40,000 nt of DNA from Candidatus Altimarinota bacterium. Its GTDB lineage: Bacteria > Patescibacteriota > Gracilibacteria > BD1-5 > JAGOOR01. The notes beneath the pieces were generated by a model, which had not been told where the DNA came from, ran no database searches, and worked only from the letters and a program-made list of their open reading frames with translations. The DNA is taken from positions 1 through 40,000 of the forward strand of contig JALQUC010000026.1 of assembly GCA_023268615.1 (NCBI GenBank), in the 5' to 3' direction. Below, piece after piece: positions 1 to 9,260 of this stretch (position 1 is its first letter; each line of letters starts with the position of its first letter). The translations under genes were made by a program, and so were the position numbers.

Positions 1-364
1 CTTCTTCCTCGGACAGCTCAACAGTATCTGTAGGTTTTTCTGGATTTGTTTTCTTTTTTGGTGATAGAATATTTAAAACGAATTCCTCAAAAGTATTGGT
101 AAGTCTCTGAATAGAAGCTGGGGTTCTTTTGAGAACAGTAGCCCTTGGTCGGCGAAATCAACGAGACAACATACCTTCTTTGTCTCCAAGTATTCTATCG
201 ATAATTTCCCCTGGCTTTAACTTAGAATGAGAATTTTTAAGTGCATTTTCGATAGCTAAATTAACATCTACACCAGCTCCTCGTAAAAATGATAATAACT
301 GAGGCCCATCCATGATGGTCTTGGTTTCTATTTCAATAGGTTTATGTTGAGAATCCTCATTCAT
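1..364 (-). CDS. hypothetical protein (3' end cut by window edge)
   Basis: ATG at 364. Track ORF 158..364 ends only at TGA (158-160). With TGA as sense the frame stays open to position 2 (...LSR-G-FRRPRATVLKRTPASIQRL...TDTVELSEEE). No family recognised. Confidence 0.4.
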
Positions 365-412
365 AATAATATATCGTATAAATATATATTATGTCGAAAT
401 AATTTTTATCAA

Positions 413-946
413 CTAAAGAAATGTAAAATTGCTCACATCCTCCCCTCTCTGTATCATCTCACGAATCCGCGTCCCTGAGATATCTATCTCGTAGGAATCA
501 ATCCACTCGGTCTGGATACCATGGCGTGCACAAATATCCCTCACCCATTCGTTGCCGGTAATAAGAGTAAGTGATGTGATTCCCTGTCATTGCGAACCTG
601 AGCTTGTCGAAGGCGAAGCAATCCATTCCCTGGATCGCGTCGTCATTTCATTTCTCGCGATGACGGGAGAAGTAAGTGCTTTCAAATTCTCGCACCAGAT
701 ATCATCGTCTGGGACATCATCCAGTCAGACGATATCCATCCGCTCTTGGAGCTCGAGAGGGATACTCGCGCGGATGATTTCTTCGCGTTCCTGGAGTGTC
801 CAGGGATTCTCATCAGTACCAGATTTTTCTGCAGAACCGATGACGAGCATGAGTCGTTTGTATTCTGTGAGAATTTTTTCCACGATGGAATAATGCCCAA
901 TATGAAATGGCTGGAATCGTCACAAAAAAATCGCTGTTTTTATCAT
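413..946 (-). CDS. nicotinamide-nucleotide adenylyltransferase-like (archaeal NadM-type cytidylyltransferase family)
   Basis: Manual translation: MIKTAIFLGRFQPFHIGHYSIVEKIL...LVIGSAEKS...NPWTLQEREEII...ISGTRIREMI. The (T/H)xGH motif is GRFQPFHIGH. Two in-frame TGA (725-727, 587-589). TAG stop at 413-415. Carries a 35-codon insertion (see 574-670). Confidence 0.75.
574..670. mobile_element. 97-bp MITE-like palindromic element inserted in frame, flanked by 8-bp direct repeat AGTAAGTG (566-573 and 671-678)
   Basis: Terminal inverted repeats TCCCTGTCATTGCGA / TCGCGATGACGGGAGA and a central palindrome GCAATCCA-ttccc-TGGATCGC. Identical 8-mers flank it. Element + duplication = 105 bp = 35 codons. 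Confidence 0.65.
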
Positions 947-1047
947 ATTTTTACAATAGATTTTTTTGAGTAAAAGTAAAAGAAAAAGTAAAAGGATGGA
1001 TGTGGGCTATATTCTAACAATTCCTCTGTTTTTCTTTTTCTAGAATC

Positions 1048-2013
1048 TTAGAGAGTAAACAATACCACCTCTGGATCCGCATTCATACGGAAATCAAATC
1101 CAGGACTATTACCCATACCGGTTGAGACATAGAGCTTCCAGTTGCCGGTCTCAGCATATTTTCCTTCTGGCCAATACCATCATTTGTATCTCGTAAATGC
1201 TGTACGAGAAGCCATAAGTCCTATCTTGCGGAGCAAAGGAAGGTCGACCATACCTCCGTGCGTGTGTCCAGCGAGAAAGAGTGTCGGAGTCGTGAGAGAT
1301 TGATTGGTTGCGCGAAGCCGAGCGAGGAGAAACTCGAGGCCGTCAGGATTGTGCAGGAGGACGATATTCATGTCGTTGTGCGTGTGATTGAGCGTGTAGA
1401 TATACTGATCGAGGATCATATTTCTCTCTTTTTTTGGCATGCGATGGAGGTGTCGAGAGAGTGTATGCATACCATGAATACAGAGACTCTTGTCGTTGAT
1501 AAAAATTTTCTTGGCATGACGAGGCTCAGAGAGAAAATGTACCTGCATCTGGTCCTCGAGCCATGCTCGTGTGTAGCCAAAATCAGCATTATCATCATCG
1601 TGATTGCCGATAACAGCAAAGTGTCTGAATGACTCGAGTCCGTGAAAGAGTTTCTTTGCCACCTCCACGAAGTGCTCAAATGAGAGAGATTTCTCGGTGC
1701 CATGAGCAGAGACAAAATCCCCACCATGGAGGACGATAGTTGTTTCTTTATTGGTACTCGCGAGGAGGGTCTGAATGCCGTGTGCTGTTTGCGCGGCGAT
1801 GGCATCAATACTTCATCCTATGTGTGGATCCGTGAGGAAGAGGAGAGAGACACCAGAAAATTCGTGTATTCAGAAAAATCTCACTGGCTCACGACGAAAA
1901 TGAATGTGAGACGCACGCTGGCGATATTTTTTACCAAGTCCTGGAATCATCGCAAAAACTCGCAGTCATACGAGGAGAGTAATGGATTTGATTTTGCGGA
2001 GAAATCGTTTCAT
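1048..2013 (-). CDS. membrane-anchored metallophosphoesterase (calcineurin-like, YkuE/YaeI-type)
   Basis: Motifs LTDPHIG, HGGDF, VIGNHD, LLHNP, AGHTHGG. N-terminal hydrophobic segment. Four in-frame TGA. TAA stop at 1048-1050. Confidence 0.8.
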
Positions 2014-2020
2014 GAGCGTA

Positions 2021-2605
2021 TTATACAAATCTACTGCAAAAGAAAAATCATCTATCTAGTTCCAGTGCCTGCTCGAGGGTCTTTCAGCTAAATTGTGCCA
2101 CAGGATCACCAATATTCTGCCAATCTGTCTTCATGGCACCTCAGAGAGCAAGAAACCGCTGGAATGTTGAACTATCAAGTTGAATACTGTGTTGTCATGG
2201 GACTCTTTGTTCTGTGGAAATTATTGCACTGCACCGTTCTCTTGCATTCACGATTGTGATGACAGCTGAGAGTTGTGATGGTCTCGTGAGCATGATAATA
2301 CCATTACTTCGTTCGGATGGTCTCCAGAGAGTTTCACCGACTTCTATTTCAGGAAATCTCGGTGTGCCCTGAGCAGCAATCGTCGAAATAGCAGCACCTG
2401 TATTCAAACTATATCATCATTCACCAGTTCTGGTACGAAGCTCAATACCTGCGTGTGCTATATGGTGTCCGCTCTCTGTTCACTCACAATTAAGCTCGAG
2501 CACAGCATCGTACAGAGAGAATATTTTTGCATACATCCAGGTTCGTCCTCACACAGGAAGATTTCTAACATCTTCTATAGGAGGAATTTCAAGTATGCGC
2601 TCCAT
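2021..2605 (-). CDS. hypothetical protein
   Basis: Frame open from ATG 2605 to TAA 2021 once TGA is read through (MERILEIPPIEDVRNLPVGGRTW...ELNCEGTESGHHIAHAGIELRTRTGEGG...). Packed tightly between trpS (stop 2609) and the phosphoesterase (start 2013). Family not recognised. Confidence 0.5.
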
Positions 2606-2608
2606 ATG

Positions 2609-3745
2609 TTAGACGCCGATATATTTTTTCATACGCTTCATGACTTCATCGAGTCGAGCCTGCATCTTGGCATTTCCGCGTCGGACTGGCTCGAAGAGTT
2701 CGTCGTCGGAGAGCTTGTTGAGCTCAGCATAGGCATCACGATATGGTGCGATAAATCGGTCGAGGATGATGTGAAGGTCTCATTTGGCATGTCCGTATCC
2801 GTAACCACCTTTTTTGTATTTTGTGCGAATTTCCTCGACTTCATTTTTCTCGCCAAAAGTTTTGATAAGAGCAAAAACATTACAAGTATCAGGATTTTTG
2901 GGATCATCGAGTCCGAGAGAATCCGTCGGAATTGTTGCAATTTTTTTCTTCAAATCGGCCGTACTCTCAAACATACTGATATAGTTGTTGTACGACTTGC
3001 TCATCTTGCGACCATCGAGACCAGGGATGACAGCAATCGCATCGTCGATAATTGCTTTTGGTTCCCGGAGAATGTCAGCCTGGTAGTGATGATTCACATA
3101 TCTAGCAATATCGCGCGCCATTTCGAGGTGCTGGAGCTGATCTTTCCCAACAGGCACTACATCACAATCATAGCCAATAATATCCGCTGCCATAAGAATT
3201 GGATAATTAAAGGTTCACATATTCAAATCATCGTAGTACTCTTTTTTAGTTTCGCCAAGCTTATATGATAAATCTTGTAATTCTTTTTCTGCTCATTTAA
3301 GGTCATTAACAGTAACAACATTTGAACCATCTGGTCCTAACTCTTTTAAAACATCAATGCGTCACTTAGCCCATGCTATTTTATATTCATAATCTTCTTT
3401 TTTGGATTCAAAATCCTTGAAGGTGTGCGCTCTGAGCATCAACGAATACGGCGTGAAGCAACTCAAAATCCATTCAAGTTTATTTAACCCTACAATATCT
3501 GATTGTCGGAAAATCGTCACCTCAGTATCGCGACCGAGGACCGCGAGATAGGAGATGAGACCGTTGCGGATATTTTCGTTCAGGATTTTTCCATCGCGGA
3601 TACTCGTGAGTGCGTGGAGGTCTGGGATAAATATCGCTGTGTCGTATTTTTTGGCATTTTCACGGAGGGGCAACATGGCGCCCATGAGGTTACCAATATG
3701 CGGAAATGTCCCTGTGGGCTTGATGCCCGTAATCATTCGTTTCAT
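2609..3745 (-). CDS. trpS: tryptophan--tRNA ligase
   Basis: ITGIKPTGTFPHIGNLMGA (HIGH-like), YPILMAADII, VPVGKDQLQHLEMARDIA, GRKMSKS. Track fragments 3362..3745 and 2780..3193 are joined in one frame through TGA codons. TAA stop at 2609-2611. Confidence 0.9.
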
Positions 3746-3828
3746 AGAAATATTTGCAGAGAGTATACGGAGTATGGAGCTATGAGCAAGACAGGATAGA
3801 ATTTTTATAAAAAACTATAATAGAACAA

Positions 3829-4647
3829 CTAAACGAGCTTCTTAGTGGACGATGTGATGGTCCAGACATGGTCACTCGGAGAAACTGTTATCATACTCAT
3901 CATAAGTGGAACAATATAGCCATATTTGAGAGTCCTCAAAACACCTCAACTCTGCAGTACCCTATCAATCCATATTTCCAACTCAGCTCACATGCCCATA
4001 TCTACTAACTGTTTCATTCATTTGAGGATTCTGATTTGTGTTATGATGTAATCTCTGAGATCTGGTTTTACTGCATAAAAAAATGCATCCGTAATGACAT
4101 CAACATCTGGGTAAGCAAGGAGCGATAGAAATAAATCTTCATTGATAATATTATTTGGCATTTTTCAGTAACTATGTTTCTCGAGTAATTCTAAAATTGT
4201 TTTCTGTATGCAGTAGAGTCATCCTGAGGGTGTGCAAAGCTTGCATGGTCGAATTCTATTGCGACTTGGTACAGGAAATATCGACCCACCTACTATATTA
4301 TTTGTAGATGCTCGTGTATGCTGCACTAAGGTGGACAGCGTTTTAGGTCCACCAAAACTAATATCCCCGTCACAAAAAACCATCACATCCTCAAATGTTC
4401 CATCAGAAACCGCTGTCTGGACTATGGTATTCCAAGCGTTTGCTTTTCAGGGTGATGAGGTAAGTGGAATTACTTGTCTGCATTGCTGGGAAATTTCATA
4501 CACGATTTCTCCTGTTCTATCACTCGAACCATTGACGCAAACATAGATATTTTCTGGAGGGTTCTCCTGCTCGAGAACTGATATGATAAGTGGCTCAATA
4601 GTTGCTTCTTCGTTTCTGACAGGGATTCAAAGTGAATATGGTTTCAT
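3829..4647 (-). CDS. family 2 glycosyltransferase
   Basis: MKPYSL-G-IPVRNEEATIEPLI...VCVNGSSDRT...VFCDGDISF (GT-A fold with DxD). Several in-frame TGA. TAG stop at 3829-3831. Confidence 0.7.
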
Positions 4648-4713
4648 ATTATTTCATATAAAATATATATAAAATATATTTGTCAATTTTTGAGAAACTT
4701 TATACTAGTAACT

Positions 4714-5499
4714 ATGTACTCCTCTCCTCGCATCATATCCGCGCCCATTTCCAACAATCGTCTCAACTGGGATGAGCGAGAGAATCACACTATCATAGTA
4801 CCGAGTCTCATAGAGTGAGCTCTGGATGATGTCATCATAGGAACAGAAACAGTGATAGAGTGAGAGGTACATGGGAAGATAACAGCAGGCAAATGATTGA
4901 AGCATTTTGTTTTCCTGAGAAGTTCGCGTGTCCCCACATGGATCATTGATAATCACAATCACGCCTTCGCATTCTGGCACGAAGCATATTGGAAATGATA
5001 TATCCAGAAGTGAGCTCTCCTCGTGCATATCGATCAACACACTGATCTCGCCACACCGGGCAATTTCCCTGCCTGGAAACACCCTGAAGAAAGTCATGAA
5101 GGTATCGTCGAAGAATACACAAATACGGATCTGACTATCGCAGACTTCATCGTCCCCGCTCTCGCAACGGGCCTCATCTCTGAAGCGGTCATGGTGACGG
5201 GTGAAGATATGCACACCTCACGAAGCTTCGTTTGGGAAGATAAAAAAGAAGAAATAAAAAAGAAGAAAGACGGATTCTCTATAAATTCCCCCTCCACTTC
5301 TACGCCTACTTCTCTCATCCTGGATATTGATCTCGATTATTTCTCACAGGGATTCGACGAATTGAAATGCTTCGAAAATGTTCGATACTGGATAGAAAAA
5401 GCAGATATCATCACGATAGCGACAAGCCCTCTCTTTATCGACCAAGAGAAAGCTATTAGCGTGCTAAAAAGCTTGCAAAAGTCACTCGTGACTCTATAA
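4714..5499 (+). CDS. UPF0489-like (arginase/deacetylase-fold-like) protein
   Basis: Extending track ORF 5023..5499 upstream through four TGA gives ATG 4714. Motifs WIIDNHNHAFAFW, LVHIDQHTDL, LDIDLDYF. TAA stop. Confidence 0.6.
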
Positions 5500-5534
5500 T
5501 CGCCTCACCGTTACGGAGAAGTAAATCCTTTGTG

Positions 5535-5559
5535 TTTTCTGTTACTTTTTACTTTTTCT
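5535..5559 (+). repeat. pyrimidine-rich motif TTTTCTGTTACTTTTTACTTTTTCT (copy 1)
   Basis: Near-identical to 38126-38150. Lies 20-45 nt upstream of tRNA-Cys. Confidence 0.8.
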
Positions 5560-7594
5560 ATTCGCTTTCAGCGAATCTGGCGCCTTGGTAGAACGGTCAT
5601 ACAGGAGCCTGCAAAGCTCTGGAAGCCGGTTCGACTCCGGCAGGTGCCTCCAATACTGCATTTTCTCCAAAAAGTACCTGTCTCACAGGTCATAAAAGCT
5701 CTATTTCAAGGGCTTTTTTCTTTTTAATTTTGAGTTCGAAAGTCGTCAGCATGATCAATTCATAAATATCTTCTCTCAAAATTCTATTTTCACCATTTGT
5801 AAGCAATTTTTCAGAGAGTTCGAAAGTTTTTCTGAGGATATTGGGTATTCTCTCTAGAAATATCTGAGAATCTTTTTGATTCATCAAGTTCTCAATTTTG
5901 TTATTTATTTCTGCAATTCTCTTTTTTCCTTCTTCTATTTGTTCTTTTATAACATCTTCCATTCCTTCAATACTTCCTGATTTAAGAAAATTGGTCATCA
6001 TTAGTTTACTCTGTTCTTCTATTTTGTGCTTCTGAGATTCCAAGTCTTTTAGTAAAGCTTCCTGCCCTTTTCGAACATCTTGAGTGCTTGTCATAAAAAT
6101 TTTTGTAATGTTCTCCTGCAGAAGACCAATCATGCTGACAAAATTTCTTCAAATCCATCACACCAATGTGTACCAATCGCTAATTTGTTTCTCTAAATCA
6201 TCATCATTACTGCACTTGGCACCTAAAAATAATACTCATTTTTCTTTTACGGGATCTAATCATTCAAAATCTAAAGTAGATCATTCAAAGAGTCTTTCTA
6301 GAATTCATGAAATATCGTCAGGATTTTTTATATCTATTTTTAATTCATTTTTCTCAAAAGGTAGTCTAAACGCCACTTCAATTCCTGAAGATGTAGCATG
6401 ATTAAAAAGAAGTTTTTCAATTGCTAATATAAATTTAGAGCCTTTCAACCCCCGATCTGCAAAAAGCTCATTTACTTTAATTCAGATAATTTTTTTAACT
6501 ATTGCACCTCTTAAGAAACTCATAAATTCTTCAATAAGCCATTTCTCAGAGACATGAATCCCCTCTACTGTATTCTTATATTGGGATGTTCATTTTTGTG
6601 TATATCATGACAGTCTTCGACCATTCTCGGTCCGTAGAACACTTCTTAAGTGATATTTTTCCTGTTGGAGACCGTAGCTACCTTTTTTCTTACCCTTATT
6701 ATTCTGTACTCACTGCCAAAGAGCCATAGGAATTGGTGTTTCACACTCAAAAAATTGGAGATTTGAAAAAGATATTCATGTATTTTTTTCTGTATATTCA
6801 CCAATATAAACCTTGTTACTAAAAAGCCGATCATTCAATTCTCGTTCTCATAGTTTTATACCCCCAACCTCCTGTAAGTACTTTGATATTTCTTTGTGTG
6901 TGATCCCCACCATCTTCATCTCAAAAGCTTTAATGATAAAAGGCATTTTATTGTTTTGTTTTAGGATTCTTCTACCTTCATGAATAATATGCCCAAGACC
7001 TTTTGGTGCTGCATACGGAAATTCTCAATTTTCAAGCTTTAAAAGAATTCATCCGATTGATTTTCTCCTAGTATCTAAACTATCATAGTATCCGGCAGAA
7101 AATTTCTTATGTACTTCTTCCTTGTCTGTCTCTTTTGTAATCTCTTCTGTCCCCTCCATGTTAATATAAATGATCTTTTCGATAGTTTGTCTTTGCTTAT
7201 TGTCTCAATAAAGCATATTCATTATGGTCTGTGTATCTGTTGGATTCCTTGAGAGACGGGAAAGATCTCTTGTAAGCAAAATACAGGGGCTTTTTTCTTT
7301 ATTTATTTCTTCTATCATCTTTGTCCATTCTTTTCGTTTTTTATTCTCAAATCCACTAAAAGTCTCACCAAAGACCCTGACTTTCTCTTTTTCAAATTTT
7401 AAGCGTTTTACTATACTGCCTATTCCATCTTCTTGTTGTATAAGGGATTCGCGTTGTTCCTCTTTGTTAGTACTTCTTCTGAGATAAGCAAAAATAGAGG
7501 TATCCTTTGATAAGCTCTTATTCTGTTGGCCGCCATGGGAAGGAGGTCCTTGATATACAATAACTTTATTAAATATACTTTGTGACGATTGCAT
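5558..7594 (-). CDS. large serine recombinase (integrase/transposase type)
   Basis: One continuous frame (checked codon by codon) from ATG 7594. It has the catalytic region IFAYLRRSTNKEEQ, LLTRDLSRLSRN, a recombinase domain (GYYDSLDTRRKSIGGILLKLENGEFPYAAPKGLG) and a Lys/Glu-rich coiled-coil C-terminus. About 20 in-frame TGA. After TGA 5690-5692 the frame runs antisense through tRNA-Cys to TAG 5558-5560. Confidence 0.85.
5579..5652 (+). tRNA. tRNA-Cys (anticodon GCA)
   Basis: Cloverleaf by hand: acceptor GGCGCCT/AGGTGCC, anticodon stem GGAGC/GCTCT with loop CTGCAAA, T-arm GCCGG-TTCGACT-CCGGC, discriminator T, encoded CCA. Close to the E. coli tRNA-Cys layout. Confidence 0.9.
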
Positions 7595-7595
7595 A

Positions 7596-7673
7596 GTGGC
7601 GATTATTATTTAGTGGTAAATTATTCTCAACTCTTCCCCCGCTTCCAATCGCCACGAAAGAAAGGGGGAGAAG
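7596..7673 (-). promoter_or_regulatory. 5' leader hairpin abutting the recombinase start codon
   Basis: In mRNA sense: CTTCTCCCCC...GTGGCGATT-(42 nt)-AATCGCCAC-T-ATG. The 9-bp stem ends 1 nt before the ATG. An upstream C-tract can alternatively pair with the loop segment GGGGGAAGAG. Confidence 0.4.
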
Positions 7674-7770
7674 AATAGAGGATAAAATATCAACTTCTTC
7701 CATTCAACAATTCCAAAGTAATAAATTAGCTTTTATATTCAAGTTTTATTTTGTACAAGCGGTTTTTGGT

Positions 7771-7798
7771 GTTTGTGTTTTCTTAAGAAAACACAAAC
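7771..7798. repeat. perfect 28-bp palindrome GTTTGTGTTTTC-TTAA-GAAAACACAAAC
   Basis: Self-complementary over all 28 nt. Sits between the nuclease gene end (7970) and the recombinase start (7594). Confidence 0.9.
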
Positions 7799-7969
7799 TA
7801 TCCAAAACTATATAAAAGTAGTCTTTAGATGTATTGTGTACCAGTCCTGAAGATAAAATTAAAACACTCACTAATCCAATTCTAAAAAGGGAATAGTGGT
7901 CTTTAGAAAATCTTTTATATTTTAGTCTCTGCCCCACTTTCTGTTCAAAAATTTCTATTTGTCCAGCAT

Positions 7970-9190
7970 TTAATTACAAATTGATTCACAAGGTATGCCA
8001 TCTGAATCAGAATCGAGCCGAGTAAGACCGCAAGAGTTAAGATAGTATTTTGCCTCTTCGCAGGTTATCATTTGTGTGCAATAAGTCTTGGCTCCGCAAG
8101 TGTAGGAAGATGAGGGAGGAGGTGTAGTAGGAGGCGTATAGATTGGGGTTGTTATAGGTGTGCTGATTTTTACTTCATCTTTGGTCCCTTTTTTCCTGTC
8201 GCCTGCACATGTCGAAGCAGACCAAAGTCCGAGTTGAGCGTTTTTAGCCATCAGCTCTGCCTCTTTATTCTCTTTCTGATAGGTGTACGCGGTGTTATAG
8301 GTGTATTCGAAGGCGTAACCATCCAAAATCATTTTCGTATTGATATTGGTCCCGTTATAGAAGATATAGGCGAGTGTACGGCCATATTTGTCTGTTTCTC
8401 CTTGGGTTGAATCCTTCTCAATAGTGAGTTCCTTTGCATCTTTTAAGAGCATTTTTAAGTGTTCTGATGCTTCTTTGCCGAAACATTCTACATAACCATA
8501 ACGGGATGTTGTAGATTCAGGTGCATCTAAGCCGATCATTCGTATTTTGAGGTTGCCATAATTGACTGTGTCACCATCAACAACAGTAATGAGATTAGTA
8601 CCGCTCAACGAAACAATTTGTCGAGCAAAACCAAACACTTCTGCACGAGTGGCAAAACGATTTGGAAAGAATTTGTAGTAAGTATCAGAAATATACTGAA
8701 CTCACGGTATTTCAATATCAGAATTACGAATTTTTACAAAAAGGTCCTTTTGCCACTCAGTCACATCTTTATCAGCTGGAACAAGAGCATCATATTCCTT
8801 TGTAGGTGAGAGGTTGGATGCTTTATAGAGTATAGAGAACGCTTCTGCTCGTGTGATAGAGTCTTGAGGTCGTGCTTTTGTGTTGCTTCTAGAGATAAGT
8901 TCATTATCACTTGCTAATTCTATGGCACGGCAAACCCAATCTTGTTTTACAGTATCAGAGAAGTATTTTTTGCAGTTATAGCCCTCAGGAAGACTTACGC
9001 CTTTGATTTTAAGGGCTATTCCTATGACTTCTGCCCGTGTAATCCTATCATCTAATCTATACCCTGTTTCTGATGACTGTAATGTTATGATGCCTTTTTC
9101 TCCAAGAAAGACTGCATTTGATAAATCTGAACTAGTGTAGGCAATACCTAAAAAGGGAATCAACAGGGTCAAAAAGAACACTTTTTTCAT
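7970..9190 (-). CDS. secreted SLH-repeat / staphylococcal-nuclease (SNase) / Excalibur-domain nuclease
   Basis: Track ORFs 8702..9190 and 7970..8638 share a frame across TGA 8702-8704. Signal peptide MKKVFFLTLLIPFLGIAYT. Three SLH-like repeats (ITRAEVIGIA, ITRAEAFSIL, ATRAEVFGFA). SNase core VVDGDTV..IRMIGLDAPE..GRTLAYI. Pro/Thr linker, then a C-terminal DSDSDGIPCE motif. Confidence 0.8.
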
Positions 9191-9222
9191 AATAGAAAAA
9201 TAATGATAAACCTTTTGCTTTT

Positions 9223-9251
9223 AAAAAAAAGCACGCTCGGAAAGTGCGTGC
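9223..9251 (-). terminator. rho-independent terminator (minus strand)
   Basis: Minus-strand read: GCACGC-actttccga-GCGTGC followed by T8. Confidence 0.7.
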
Positions 9252-9260
9252 CAAAATATA

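Noticed and set aside
5690-5692. Treating TGA 5690-5692 as the true stop of the recombinase, as if the island used the standard code.
   Set aside because: The same ORF needs about 20 internal TGA read as sense across conserved recombinase regions, so the element uses the host code. Whether the antisense-tRNA tail is functional remains open and is reported as a finding.
7746-7937. Small ORFs in spacers: 7746..7937(-) 63 aa, 29144..29374(-) 76 aa, 5530..5727(+) 65 aa, 9592..9783(+) 63 aa.
   Set aside because: They overlap a palindrome or structured region, a tRNA gene or the RloB gene on the other strand. They have hydrophobic/low-complexity AT-driven composition and no start context, so they are not supported as genes.
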